NCBI GenBank assembly: GCA_016748015.1
Contig: JAAOMT010000523.1
Span: 1,284,546 to 1,348,545, forward strand
Direction of reading: 5' to 3'
Source: Geosiphon pyriformis uo1
Taxonomy: Eukaryota; Fungi; Glomeromycota
DNA: 64,000 nt
Part shown: positions 18,096-31,957 of the stretch, in pieces
Position numbering within the stretch: position 1 is the stretch's first letter
Layout: the number at the start of each line of letters is the position of its first letter
Translations under genes and position numbers: made by a program
Notes under the pieces: generated by a model
The model's input: the letters and a program-made list of their open reading frames with translations, nothing else
Database searches by the model: none
Told to the model about the DNA's origin: nothing

Positions 18096-21000
18096 TTAAT
18101 CTTGTCTCATTTTTGAAAGGCTATCAATATTAGTGTGTAGTTTTCCTAGTTTGTGATGTACAATATACTTGTAGTCTGCTAAGAAATTATTCCATTAAGA
18201 CTGTTTGGCATTTTGTTCTGTTTTCTTTTTATTGAACCATTTAAAGCCAATATTGTTAGTTATAATATCAAATTTTTTTCCATTTTCAGGTATTGTTAAA
18301 AGTGTTTAAGAGCCCAAATGACTGTGGCAGCTTCTAATTTAGTTGAGCTATATTTGAGTTCTGTTGGTTTAAGTGTTTTATTGATATAGGCAATAACTTG
18401 TTTCTGGTGTTACCAGTAGAATTTTAGCTATTAATTAGTACGAAATTACCCTTATAATTCCTATTATTAATTAGCATACATTATTATTATTTCGATTATC
18501 ACTTATTATTTAATCAAATTATTAAATATCATTACTCAATCAATAATCCGATTTGTACTCTAGAAATTAAGATGATCAAATTACACAATACCCTGAACCA
18601 TTTAACATAGTCAAAATTCGCCGAAATTAATGAAAAATCGCCGAATAATCAATAGTTTAGTGAAATAACTTGTAAATTTGCCAAAATGTATCTTTAGTTC
18701 ACCCAAATTGTAGAAAAGAGAAAAGTGCAAGTTCAAAGACTAGTACTACAACAAGTTGTATAAAAAAAGAGCTTTTCTCTTCAAGAAAATGTATCTTCTC
18801 ATAGTATCTTACTATAGCATCCTACTTTAGATATCTTAATTAAAACAAATCACCTTTTACACATTTAAATAAAAATTAAATATTCGAAAACCAAATCCTT
18901 AAATTATTACACTTGAAATTCTCTCAACACAACTAACGTTTTGAAATTGATTAGCTACCAATTTCAATAATCTGTTAGTGACTCCAAGCCTGGATAGAAA
19001 ACGTTTCCCTTAATAAAATTCTATTTCTTTTACATTTTTTTTGTTTTATTTTCTTTTCTTATCATAATCATTAGAGTAGCCTACAGACAAGATTTCTGTA
19101 GAAGAGTTAACTTTTACAACAAAGTAACTACACATTTTTAGTGAGCTTCCAGATGAGCAATTCCTGGGAAAGAGTTGACATTTACTACAACATAACTACA
19201 CAAAGTAACTGGCATAGAATTGGCTATTTCACTTATAAGCCCAACAGTTCAAATTATAGGAGATAATTTGAAGATAAATTCAGTTACTAGAGGTCCAACT
19301 ACTTTCTAGAAACATGAATTCACAGCAAATCAACATTAACAACATTTAAGAAAAGAGACCAAAAACCTCTGGTAACACTGGCCATTTTCATTCAATTGTG
19401 ATAAAATAGCACCAAATACTATATGTAAAACATCAGTAACTAGTTGGAACTATTTGTTGAAATTTGGGTAAGCAAGACCTGGGGCTGTTGTCAATTTTGT
19501 TTTGAGAGTTTCAAAAGCTTTCTGTTGTTCTTTAGTCCATTGATATGGCACATTTTTGTTGGTAAGATAATTGAATGGTTTGGCAATTTTTGAGAATTCT
19601 TTGATGAATTTTTGATAGTAAGAAGCTAATTCTACAAATCCTCATAGCTCTGTAATATTTTTGGAAGTTTGAAAGTTTTTGACAGCACTGATTGTTCTAG
19701 AGTTTGGTTTGACTCCATCTTTGCTAATAATGTATTCAAGAAAAATTAAGCTTGTTTTTCTAAAGTAATATTTTTCAATGTTCAATTTTAATCTTGCTTT
19801 TCATAATCATTGAAAAACTTTTCACAAGTGGATAAGATGAGCTTTGAAGCTTGGTGAATATACATTAGTGTTATCTAGATAGACAACTAATAATTGTCAT
19901 AAAAGTCTTTTATATACAACATCCATAAGTTGCTGAAATGTTGCTGGTATATTGCAAAATCCAAAAGACATAATATTAAATTCATAGTTTTCTTCTTGGG
20001 TGGTAAATGCTGTTTTGGGTTAATCTTTTAGGTCTATTTTGACTTGCTAATATTCACTTTTTAAGTTTAAAGTTGGCTTTTTCTAAAGCATTTAGCATGT
20101 CATTAATTCTTGGAAGAGAATAGATATTTCCAATTGTTATGCTGTTAAGCTGATAATAATTTACACAGAATCTAATTTTTCTATTTTTTTTCTTGACAAA
20201 AACCACTGGTAAGGCCCAAAAACTTCTTGATGGTTGAATTAATCAATTATTGAGCATTCTCTGGACTTCTTCCCTAATGAATTGGTGGCTGACAAGTGGT
20301 ACTCTATAAGCTTGTTGACATTTTAGTGGAACATCTCTTGTGTAAATCTGGTGTTAAACAATATTAGTTTTTCCAAGATCATTATTGTCTTTTGCAAATA
20401 TATTAGCAAATTCAGCTATCAACTGTTTCAATTGTTTTTGTTGTTAAAATTCCAAGGGACCCATGTTAATTTGAAATAGTTTTTCTTCTAAAAAATGGTA
20501 GTTTTTAATAGTAGCAATGATATTTGGGTTTGGAAATAGTATATGTCTTACAATTTTGATAAAATTGCTAACAATTTGAGGGTTTTTATTTTGAAAGATA
20601 TTGCTATGTATGATTCCAGTTTCTAATTTATTTAATAAAACAATAGGGTAGTTATTGGAATTGTAAAAAATAACTCGAAATTTTTTATTTCTTTTGGTAT
20701 GTAAACATTTGGAATTATGATTTTATGTTTTGAACAGATTTGTTTATTGGATTCAAAGACTTGTTGAGTAGTAGTAGATTTCGAGCAAGTGTAAATTTTG
20801 TGATGTTTTTCAAAAGATAAAATGGTAATTGGATGAAGAAGTTGAAGAATTTGGTAAGATTTATTTTGTACATTGAAAGCTATATTTACTGGAACTGTAA
20901 ATCATCCAGTTGAACCAAAATCTTGAGTTCCTCTTTTACTTTTTCCTAATTGTTCTCTGTTGTTAACTGATTGTAAATCTGAAATGTTGATTAAGAGTAG

Positions 21001-24000
21001 ATAAATTGCTTGAGCAATTTTTTTAGCATGTTCAATTCTGAATGATTTGTCTGTTTCATTCTGTAACATGATTGTAATGTCTCCAGTGTATCCTGCATCT
21101 ATAATTCCTCTTCTAACATTGATTCCTTTGCTTGCCAGTAATAATCTGGATGCAATTTGAACCATTGATTCTAGTGGTATTTTAAGAGCAATTTTGAGGT
21201 TAATTTTTGTTAAAGATTTTAGTTAAAAAACCAAAGTGTCTTTGCCAAGATATCTTAAATTATATTCTGCATCGATTTTATGGACTTTTTCTGGTTTTAT
21301 TTCTTGTTTATTGTTGTCAAAGTATTTGAGTTGTATAACAGGCTGATTTTTAGTAAGATAGATTAGAGTTGTTGTAATTTCTTTTTCTCTCTTAGATTCT
21401 CTAAATTAAATTTTCTTCTGGTTATCTTTGTTGAGTAGGAGAATGCTAAGGGCATAGCATTCTGAACACTCTTTGTTATTACAAGGCATGATACATTTTT
21501 CACACAATTGAATGTTCATTTGTTTTAATTGTTAAATTTGAGTTTCTTGGATTAGATAAGTATGACTTGCAATTTGGTGGTATGTTTCTACTTTATCTTC
21601 ATAGTTAAATCCAGCTAATTTCATTGTGTATTCAATGTATTCAGCTTTCTTTATTTGGTGGACATCTTTTTATGTGGCTTTATTGATCAAAGCCATTGCT
21701 AAGTCAAAGATTATTTCAGTATCATAAAAATAGTAGTAAAGTTTGTTGAGAGCACTGTTGTATACTGCATTGAAGAGTGTTCTTTTTCTGACTTTTTCTT
21801 AAATTGATAGAGCATATTGACAGATTTAATTACATACTTCTTCTCTCATTGTAACATCAATTCAGTTGTATTCTTCTGATAACATATTTCCACATGTGAG
21901 ACAAGAAGTGTTGTTCCATTTTCTACTTTGTTTGGAATATTCAAATCATTCTCTATGGCATGCTTTACAGTAGTAATAGGTGTGAGTTTTATATTTTTCT
22001 TTTGGAAAAATACATGCTTCTATTGATGAAAGTTTTTTGTTGCAATTTTTGCATTTAAGTGGGATGTAAGATGATTGTTTCTGTGTTTCTGGTGTAAAAT
22101 ATCTAATTACATTTCATTTTCTGGTCTCCTCAAAGATTTCTTGTTCTGTTTCTTCAGCCCAATTGAATGTTGATCTAAGAGCCATAAAGGTTTCAGTAAT
22201 TGGTAATTCTTTTTCCTCTTCAAATTCGAATACTAGAGCTTTTTCAGATTTTTTATTAAAAGTACCACAGGTGGCAAGTACTTTGGTATATTGTCTTTAG
22301 TATGAAATTTTTAATTTTTGGGTTTTTCAGTCTAAATTTGCATTGACTTTGAGAAGCCAATCATTTCTGACAAGAGCTTGGTATTGAGGTGCATTTATAA
22401 CTAAAATTTTGACTGGAATTGTAATTTCATCAATGGTAAATAGGAAGTTGTTAATTTCTCTTACTGGTATTTTTTTTATATCATCTGCTGTAACAATAAC
22501 TGTTTGGACAGATCTGTTAACAGTTTATTAAAATTGTTGCATTAATTGATAGATAATAATAATATTAGCAGATCTATTGTCTAGATTGGTTTTCTTTCTA
22601 CTTCAGCTTCAGTATATATAGCTGTAATTACTTTTTGTTTATTAACTGCTGCATTGCTAAGCAAGAATGGTGATTCATTTGCTTTAAATTCGAATGAGAA
22701 TATATCTGAAAGGTTGGTGTTTTGGGCAATTTGGGCTGGTGGAATAGTATTGTTGGAAGGGTTTGATTTTGGTGTTGTAGCTTTACCTTTAAAAAGTGCA
22801 GTTTGTTGAAAATTCTGTTCTTCAGACATTGTAAGATAACTGGATTGAGTGTGATAGTAATTGGGTTTTTGCTAACCAGAATTTCGAAGACCAACTGGTT
22901 GTTTAAGTTGATTCTGTTGTTGTTATTCTAAAATCAATTTTGAGGTGTAAATTGGTTTTGGTAAACCAATTTTTAAGCAGATATTAGACATTGTTGAGTA
23001 AATGGTGCTTGATATTGCTGAATTGGTAAAGGTTGCTGATATTATTGTTGTATTGATTGTGGAACAGATTGATAGTAATTGTTTTGATTTTGTGGTCTTG
23101 GTAAGTAATAAGTTGGTGATAGAGGTTGGTAATAAGATTGTTGTGGTAAAAAGTGATATTAATTACTCTTATTTTGTTGGTCTCTTTGTAGCTTTCTGCA
23201 ATCTTATTTCCAATGTTCTGGAATTTTACAATAATAACAGCTCTGTGGTTAACTGTTTGGTAATGATGAGTAGTTGTTTTGGTTTCATTGTTGTGATGGC
23301 TGGTATTTTTGTGTTTGTTGTTGCTGTTGTTGGTTGGTGAAATAGTTTTCAACCTTTTTTGTAAGTTGGTCATATTTTTTTTTCAGCTGTTGAGCTGGTT
23401 GCTCTAATAGCAAGATTTACAAGTTTTGTGTGATTGGCTTCTTCTATAGTTATTTCATAATTTTTTGCATGTTGGATAGCAGTGAGCAAATCTTTAGGTA
23501 AATGTAGATGCATTTTTTTTATGAGTTTATCTTTTAATTCAGTAATGAATTGATTCAAGATTTGGGCATTAGAATAGTATTCATTGGTTTCTAACTGGCA
23601 AATTTTTCTGAGAAGTTTGTTGAACTTCTCTATGTAGGTTATGACTGATTCACTTGGTTTTTGTTTGATATTTCAGAACTGATTTTGAAGGGTAATAAAT
23701 GTGTTGTTGCCAATAAATTGTTGTAAAAAAGCATTTTTGAATGCTTGCCAGTTTTCAAATGATTTCTTTAAGTTTTCAAACTATTCTTCAGCTGTTCCTT
23801 GGAGAAAATATGAAATTGTTTTGAGCATTTTTGCTGCATTCCATCTATTTGCATCTCCTGCTTTTAAGACTTTATCAAGCCATTTTTGGGGGTTGGTATC
23901 ATTATCTTCATCAGTGAATTCTGGAATTTTTGCAATATAAGCAGTTGCCATTTTTTCTTTGTTTTCAGTGGTTTCTTCTTGTTCCAATTCGGTTTTTTTA

Positions 24001-24668
24001 CTTCCTAAGTTTTCCAAATGATTACTTTGGTTTTTTTCTAAGTAATTAAGAAAATTGGTGCTGGTTGATATTGGTTTCTGTTGTTGAGTAGAATTTTTAG
24101 GTAACTGAAAATCTTCTGGTTTTGAGAACCAGATAAGTGGTAAGTTTGGTGTTTGTGGTTAAACAAGTAAAATTGAAAATAATGTAACTGAAAGTGAAAG
24201 TTTGGTGCTGATTCTTTGTTCTGAAATTTGCAAGTGTTTGGCAGTTATTATTGGTGTTTTTGGAATGGTTGGAGTGATTCTTGAGTATTGTTTCAATTTT
24301 TGTTTGCTTTTGTTGCTTGTTTCTGTTTTTGATTTAAAGTCAATAGTGTATTTGGACTGTACTGAATATCTTTTTTTACAATACTGAATAATGCTAAAGT
24401 TAAGTTCTTAAAAGTAAATGTTAAGTGTTTTACTATTAAGGTCTTCAATTTTCAATTGTGAATAGTGCAATAAATTATTGTAAAGACTGCTTCTAGCTTC
24501 TGAAATGTTGTAATTTCCAAAAAAATAATTGTTGATGTGGTTTTTGATGTATTGGTATAATGTTTTCTTGAGAACTTTAATTCCGTCTTGGATGTGAAAT
24601 CTTTGCTCACAGTAGGTGTAAATTGACTGATAATACTCTAAAGTTGTTGTGTTTGGTGTGGTCATCAT
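18096..24668 (-). pseudogene. gag-pol: Element B gag-pol, including dUTPase at about 20902-21275; interrupted by solo LTR 18408-19377
   Basis: Colinear with A gag-pol: MATAYIAKIPEF, GIIDAGYTG, RGTQDFGSTG, YLDNTNV. Confidence 0.9.
18408..19377 (+). mobile_element. Solo LTR, family L1, in RNase H of B
   Basis: TGTTACCAG...CTGGTAACA, perfect TSD CTGG/CTGG. Confidence 0.93.
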
Positions 24669-24713
24669 TTTAAAGTTGTTATTGCTATGTTATTTTTGTG
24701 TAAGAGCACCAAA

Positions 24714-26645
24714 TGTTACCAGTGTTACTGGAGGTTTTTGGTCTCTTTTCTTAAGTATTGTTAATGTCTAGTTGTTGCCAATTTACGTTTTTTAGAGATA
24801 GTTGAACCTCCAATAACTGAATTTATCTTTAAATTATCTCCTATAATTTGAACTGCTGAGCTTATAAGTGGAATAGCCAATTTTGTGCCAGTTACTTTAT
24901 GTAGTTATGTTGTAGTAAACGTCAATTCTTTCCCAAGAATTGCTCATCTGGAAGCTTATTAAAAATGTGTAGTTATTTTGCTGTGAAAGTCAACTCTTCT
25001 ACAGGAATCTTGTTTGTAGGCTACTCTAATGATTATGATAAAAAAATAAATAAAAAATAAAAAAAAATGTAAAAGAAATAGAATTTTGTCAAAGAAAACG
25101 TTTTCTATTCAGGCCTGGAGTCACTAACAGTTTATTGAAATTGATAACTAATCAATTTCAAAACGTTAGTTGTGTTTGAGGGAATTTTAAGTGTAATAAT
25201 TTAAGGATTTGGTTTTTGAATATTTGATTTTTATTTGATTTTGTAAAAATGATTTGTTTTAATTAAGATATCTAAAGTAAAATACTATGATAAGATATAA
25301 AAAGATATATTTTCTTAAAAAAAAAAGCTCTTCTTTTATACAACTTGTTGTAGTACTAGTCTTTGAACTTGCACTTTTTTTTTTGCTACAATTTTGGTAA
25401 ACTAAAGATATATTTTGGCAAACTACAAGTTATTTCACTAAACTATTAATTATTTCGGCCAATTTTTATTAATTTCGGCAAATTTTGACTATGTTAAATG
25501 GTTTAGGGTATTGTGTAATTTGATCATCTTAATTTCTATGATAAAAATTGGATTATTGATTAAATAATAATAATTGCTAATTTGATTAAATTATAAATAA
25601 TAATTGAAATGGTAATTATATATGCTAATTAATAATAGGAATTATAAGGATAATTTCATGCTAATTAATAGCTAAAATTATACTGGTAACACCAAAGGTT
25701 TTTGGTCTCTTTTTTTAAATATTGTTAATGTCTGATTGTTGCTAATTTACGTTTTCTAGAGATAGTTGAACCTCTAATAACTGAATTTATCTTTAAATTA
25801 TCTCCTATAATTTGAACTGCTGGGCTTATAAGTGGAATGACCAATTCTCTACCAGTTACTTTATGTAGTTACATTGTAGTAAATATTAATTCTTTTCCAA
25901 AAATTGCCTATCTAGAAGTTCATTAAAGTGTGTAGTTACTTTGCTGTAAAAGTCAACTTTTCTACAAGAATCTCATTTGTAGGCTACCTTAATAATTATG
26001 ATAAGAAAAGAAAAAAAATAGAAAAAAAATATAAAAAAAGTAGAGTTTTGTTAAGTAAAATGTTTTCTATCCAGACCTGAAATCACTAACAGATTACTGA
26101 AATTGGTAGCTAATCAATTTTAAAATGTTAATTGTGTTAAGAGAATTTCAAGTGTAATAATTTGGTTTTCAAATATTTAATTTTTATTTGAGATGTATAA
26201 AAGATGATTTGTTCTAATTAAAATATCTAAAGTAAAATACTATGTTAAGATGTGAGAAGATATATTTTCTTAAAGAGAAAAGCTCTTTTTATATACAACT
26301 TGTTGTAATACTAGTTTTTGAACTTGCACTTTTTTCCTTTTTACAATTTTGGTAAACTAAAAGTATATTTCAATAAACTACAAGTTATTTCTCTGAACTA
26401 TTGATTATTTCGGCCAATTTTTATTAATTTCAGCAAATTTTAACTATGTTAAGTGGTTCAGAGTATTGTGTAATTTAATCATCTTAATTTTTATGATACA
26501 AATCGAATTATTAATTAAATAATGATATTTGATAATTGATTAAATAATAAGTAATGATTGACATAATAATAATATATACTAATTAATAATAGAAATTATA
26601 ATGGTAATTTCATACTAATTAATAGCTAAAATTCTATTGGTAATA
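24714..26645 (-). repeat. 5' LTR of element B, split 9 bp from its inner end by a solo L1 LTR
   Basis: TGTTACCAG at 24714-24722 resumes as (CCAA)AGGTTTTTGG at 25692 and ends TTGGTAATA at 26645. Confidence 0.88.
24723..25691 (-). mobile_element. Solo LTR, family L1, inserted in the terminal inverted repeat of B's 5' LTR
   Basis: TGTTACTGG...CTGGTAACA, TSD CCAG/CCAA. Confidence 0.88.
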
Positions 26646-26649
26646 ATAT

Positions 26650-27875
26650 ACATTCAATGCATCCAAATATGCTTCAAGTCACAGTTAATCATGCCAAAAA
26701 CTTTGAATCAGCTAAATTAAAAGCCAATCATGCCCAGACCATTAATTTAGTGATAAATAGATTATTTGACTTGAATTCAAAACTGAAGCAATTTACTGAA
26801 TTCATTAATCAAAAATTAAAGAAATACTTAGCTAATAACAATCAAGCCATTTATCAGCTATCACAATAACATAAAAATCCAAAAAGTTTTAATCAAGTCT
26901 AGAATTAGTTGTATTTATCATTATTATATCAACAGTGACAACAGAAGACACATATCTGCTACTATTATGATAAACAAGAACACTTATAAATAAGTTGCCA
27001 ATTAAGATTAAATAATCAATAATCAGATTATTAATATTGAAATCCTAATTGTCAATTTCAAACTTCAAATTATTCTCTAAATTAAGATTAATATCAATCT
27101 TATTACTCACAAATAATGCAATAACCAATATATGCATCTCCAATTTATCAAACCCTAGTCTCAGTTATTTATTAAATGCAGCCACAAATAATTTATCAAC
27201 CCTAATCTATTCTAATACTGTCATAAAACCCAGCTCAAATGTCATTTAGAAACCAAAGGCCAAGAATTACACATATATAGCAAAACTGAAAATCAGCAAT
27301 AGTAATGTACCAACCAATCTCCAGTTTATCAAACCAGCCATCAGAATCTTGCCAACAGAGTTCAGGTACTAGGTACAGCCAAAACCTGAATTTTCAGAAC
27401 TATTTAAGTTTCTTAGTTATCCCAAAAGACACCCAATTCAACAAGCTGAAAACTAATCAAAAACAAACACTTACTAAAACATTCCATCTGCAACCATCAC
27501 AAAAGATAAATCTCTTACTATAATATTCTCTTTTGAAATAGAAACTCCATTAGAAACACCATTATTCAGTAAAGTTACTCTTGACACAAAATTCATCACT
27601 GTAATGTACACTAATGCCAAAATTAATAGTCAGTTTATCAAACTGATCCTTGACAGCAGGTTAGCAGACAGCATCATTATTACACAACAACTTATGAACC
27701 AATTAGGTTGCTGAGTTGATCACACTGCCAGTACTAGAATTATTACAGCCAATAAAGCAATCAAAACTTCTATTGGCAAAATCAATGACTTTTCTTTTAA
27801 AATTAATGGTATTATTATATTGATTAAGGTCTTCATAATAGAAACAATTCAATATTAGACTCTTGTTGGTAATAA
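26650..27875 (+). pseudogene. gag-pol: Element C gag C-terminal part and protease
   Basis: HAKNFESAKLKANHAQ, decayed zinc knuckle near 26957-27000, IKLILDSRLADSII protease motif near 27640-27680. Confidence 0.85.
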
Positions 27876-28250
27876 TATTATGAATAAACTGGTGGAGTAT
27901 AAATGTAATATTTGGTGCTCTTAATTTGTATTGAAACCATTTTGGTCTTTTATTTGTTTGGTATTATCAGTCTCTAAAAATTTTTTCTATATCTAAATTT
28001 ACTCATGGAGTTCTTTGATTATAAAATACAGAGTTCTAATTTCATGTGTTACAACTTTCCATAAATGTGAACTATCTTTTTTGAGCTAACAAGTATAGTT
28101 GTTAGGGTTTGGTGGTGTCTTTTTGCCCTTTTGGTAAGCTAATAAAATAATGTTAATATTTAATTTTTAGGGAGAGCTTTTCTCTTTTACTAAGGTATCA
28201 CAAAGTCTATTTTCAGACAGTTGATTTTTCTATGTTGCCACTTCTCAAGA

Positions 28251-28251
28251 G

Positions 28252-28322
<71 letters not shown>

Positions 28323-28323
28323 A

Positions 28324-28397
<74 letters not shown>
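28251..28397. repeat. About 147-bp poly(A) tract inside the 3' LTR of E (poly-T on the sense strand)
   Basis: Directly visible. The matching tract in the 5' LTR (about 39052-39098) is much shorter. Confidence 0.95.
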
Positions 28398-28399
<2 letters not shown>

Positions 28400-28921
28400 A
28401 AAGAAAATTAGTATTGTTAATTGCTATGATCAAAAGTGATTGGTCCAAGTTGTTATGGGTTTAAGACATTTATGCTAATAACATCTATTCTAAAACAAAA
28501 ATAGAAACAATAATTAGTTTAATTGAAATACAAAAGTTTAAAAAACATGTATTTGTGAGTTTGATTTTAAAAGATTATTTTATTTAAATATGACTATAAA
28601 ATATTGGGTATATAGTAAAAAAGATTATTATTATGTTTTTTTTACTGTTATATATTCTTTTTGTTTTACAAAATTGCTTCTAATTGCTTTGTTATTTCTG
28701 TTATCACTTTGTTTTTCTATGTTATTGTTAGTTATATTATGTTATAATATTTTATTCTATGTTATTGCTAGTTATACTATGTTATAATATGTTATCCTAT
28801 GTTATTATGTATTATCTTATGTTTTTTATATTATCTTGTGTTATTTTGTATAGTCATGTTTTGGTCACATTTTCTTTATAACTTTGGATTAGTTTTACTA
28901 TTCAGATGATATTATTTCTGT

Positions 28922-30498
28922 TTAGAATTGAGTTTCTGCAAAATTGTCTATATCTATTAATATGGCTTTGTTTGTGTAATGTTTAATTGTTATGTTGAGT
29001 ATTGTTTTTTGTAGGTCTTTTAACTGTTGGTTGGTTATTCATCCTATGTTGTTAACTGTTATAGTTTTTATAAATCTATATAACAGTACATTTGGATAAT
29101 ATTGGAAAACAATATACAGTCAATATGCTGTTTTGTAATATAAGATCAGGTTGCTTCTTCCTACAAATTTTTCTACTTGTTGTATTGTTTTTTTGTTAAA
29201 AGTTTTCTGTTCAAGATCTCTGTATGGTGTCTTCAAATTTAGCTGTTTACTAATTTTGTTGAACCAATATATTAGAGGAAGTTTTTCTTTCCATTTTTGG
29301 ATGTTATTATGAGATGGTTTTCTTGGTATATTTAATTGTTGATCTCCCATTTTAATTGCAATCAGTCTCTTGTGAGTTCCTCTATTTTATGTGTTGGATA
29401 TTAATGATAATATATTAAAGGTTTTCTCTTGATGTTGTAATATAAGTCTTCTCTTTAATTCTAGTTGTCTTTGTATGTTGTGTACTCTTTCTCAAAGGTT
29501 AATCTGAAGTTTACCCATTGTCTGGGGTCTTCTCTGAAGCTATTCTTACAATTGTCTGATGTGTTTTTCTAATCTAGAAACACGGAATATTAATGGCCTT
29601 TTCACGATTTCTCTAAGTATATAATAAAGCTTTTTTCAATTTAATTAGTAACCACATAAATAATCTTGATCAGAGATTATTCTTCCAAAGAGTTTAAAGA
29701 TGGAATGATAGTTTTATTTGCTAGAGAGAGTATGTGAATTCTATTGTTAATCTCATAATTGTGATGTTCATTCAATTTATTATTTTTATTAATTCTTTTT
29801 GAATAAGATTTTATTTAGATATTTGTTGCTTTTAGTTGAAGCTTGTTTTTTTTTATTATTAAAACTATTGTATATATATAATTATTGTTTTACAAAATAA
29901 CGTTTTATAATACTCTATTTCTGTTATTTCTAAATAGTGCTTGCTGCTATTGTGAAATAGTATTTGCTGCTTTTGCACAATAATGCTTGCTCCTATTGTA
30001 AAATAGTGCTTGTTGCTATTACATAGTAGTGTTTGCTGTTATTTGTAAATTATTTCTTTTTATAAATTGTTGCTGTGCTATTTCATAATTGACTGATTTA
30101 TATTATTTATAATTCCTATTAAATTTTTGAATTGTAACAGTGTTGTCTGGTGTCTATTCCCTTGTTTTAGAGAGTTTAGTCTTGCAAGCTAAAGAAGCTT
30201 TAATTTTTTTTTATTTGAAGACTAAGTATTCTTTTTTTTGACTTTTTTTAGTTCCTCTTTTTTTTTTTTTCTATGTCTCATCTGAAAGAGATTTTTTTTT
30301 TCTAATTTCTTTCTTTTAGACATTATGTAGGAATAAGAATAGTTGGTTCTAGTTGAATTCTTGTCTATTTCTTTCTTTCTTTTGTCTTTATATCTTATCT
30401 TTTTTTTATTGATAATAATCTTTAGTTGAGATGTTAATTGCTAAATTGCTTTAAATAGTTGTTTTAAAAGTTGTAGAATTTGATTTGAAAAATCCATG
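28922..30498 (-). pseudogene. Element E ORF3, interrupted by solo LTR 29305-30139
   Basis: MDFSNQILQLLKQLFKAI... and ...KTFNKKTIQQVEKFVGRSNLILYYKTAY*LYIVF...NFAETQF*, homologous to F and C ORF3. Confidence 0.78.
29305..30139 (-). mobile_element. Solo LTR, family L5 (835 bp), with about 6 x 23-bp U3 repeats (AAATAGTGCTTGCTGCTATTGTG) at about 29930-30075
   Basis: TATTATGAG...TTGTAACA termini, TSD ATGT/GTGT, absent from the colinear ORF3 of F, TATA run near 29870. Confidence 0.8.
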
Positions 30499-30580
30499 TT
30501 AAAGATTCTATTATTTTTTACTGTTTCTTTTTGGATATTATATATACTTGAATTTCCCAATTTAATTTGCTGTATATTGT

Positions 30581-31947
30581 TTATGTTTTGATAACAATGA
30601 TTGGTTTCAGATTTTATAGTATATTTTTTGGTCTGATTAATAGAATTTGTGTTTTTAGTTAAAGTACTAATGACAATATCTGTTGTTTTGTATAATAAAT
30701 TTTTAACCAATTTCCATAAGCTACTTTCTTTAAAATTCTGTCTTCTAATTATAATTTGTAAGTTTTATTGCTTAAAGCTTCATGTATGTAGAATGGACTA
30801 TTCCATTTCAAGTCAAACTTTCTACTTCACTGTTTTTTAGCTTTTGTACAATGTAATAGGACTTGGTTTCCAATCTTGAATTCTATTGGTTGTTTAGATA
30901 GATGGTTATTATGTCTTTCTTTCTGTTGTTCTTGAGTGTTACTAATATTGTCAGCTGCTATTTTACAATTGTCTTCTAATGTTTTCATTAGCTGGTATGT
31001 TTTTTGGTATAAGATAGCTTTAAAATTTTCTTTGGTAATTGTATTTGTTGAGTAGGATAGTATTTTTTATTCAATAGGTAACATAGCTTTTCTTTCATAG
31101 ACTAATTCAAATAGTGTAAACTGAATTGTATTTTGCTTCAATATTTGGTATGCCAATAATACAAAGAATATAAATAGATCTCATTCTTGTGTATTTTTAT
31201 AACTTATTTTTGTTAGTGCTTTACACAATGTTTTGTTGAATTATTCTACCAGTTTATTTGTTTGTGGATGATAGAATAACAATAAAGATTGTTTTATTCC
31301 AAATCATTGGCTTAATTTAGTCAATGTATTATTAACAAAATGTATTCCTTGGTCAGATAGTAATTTTTTTGGGCATTCATGTCTGCAAATTAGGTTTTGA
31401 TGTATGAATTTGGTTACTGTTTTGGTATCAGCTACTTGAATTGCTCTGACTTCTGGCCATTTTATAAGATAGTCTATGGCTATAGTAATGTACCAATTTT
31501 TTTTAAATGTAATTGAGAGAAGACTAACCAAATTAATTTTAATGTATTAAATGGATTTCCAACTGGAATGGATTGAAGTGGTTTCATTGATTTTGTTTTT
31601 CTTTTTCTTTGACAAAAGTTACAATTAAGCACATATTCAAAAATATTCTTATATATTGTTAGCCAATAGTACCTGTTTATGATTTTTTCCAAAGTAGCAT
31701 TCTTATTAAAGTGTTTTGTAGTTGAGTCAGAATGCATGCTATGTAAAATCATTTCTTTTTCATTGTCTTTTATAACTTATTATGAGGTAAAACAGTTTCA
31801 ACATTTTTGACAATATAGCTGGTTATTTTGGATAAAGTAATTTTTGGCTTGTTTTTGTACAATACTTTGTTTCTGTTAAGATAATATCTTCTTGAACTGA
31901 AGTGTCAATAAGTACTGATGTAATCACTAATAAGTAGTGATATCTAT
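30581..31947 (-). pseudogene. int: Element E integrase ORF
   Basis: LHSMHSD..HF..YYW..CNFCQ; IAIDYLIKWPEVRAI; LLSDQGIHF. Confidence 0.88.
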
Positions 31948-31957
31948 GGATTTGAGA

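Larger units (their letters stand above)
4257..26645 (-). mobile_element. Element B: full-length Ty3/gypsy element (L1 LTRs) hosting element A and three solo LTRs
   Basis: 3' LTR 4257-5203 and 5' LTR 24714-26645 share a diagnostic small deletion (GTGTAATAATTTGGTTTTC). TSD ATGT/ATAT, PBS about 24694-24711, PPT 5204-5216. Confidence 0.9.

Noticed and set aside
28221-28439. Poly-lysine ORF
   Set aside because: It is the translation of the poly(A) tract inside an LTR.
29120-29350. 76-aa ORF as an independent gene
   Set aside because: Its N-terminus comes from solo LTR L5; the rest is part of E ORF3.
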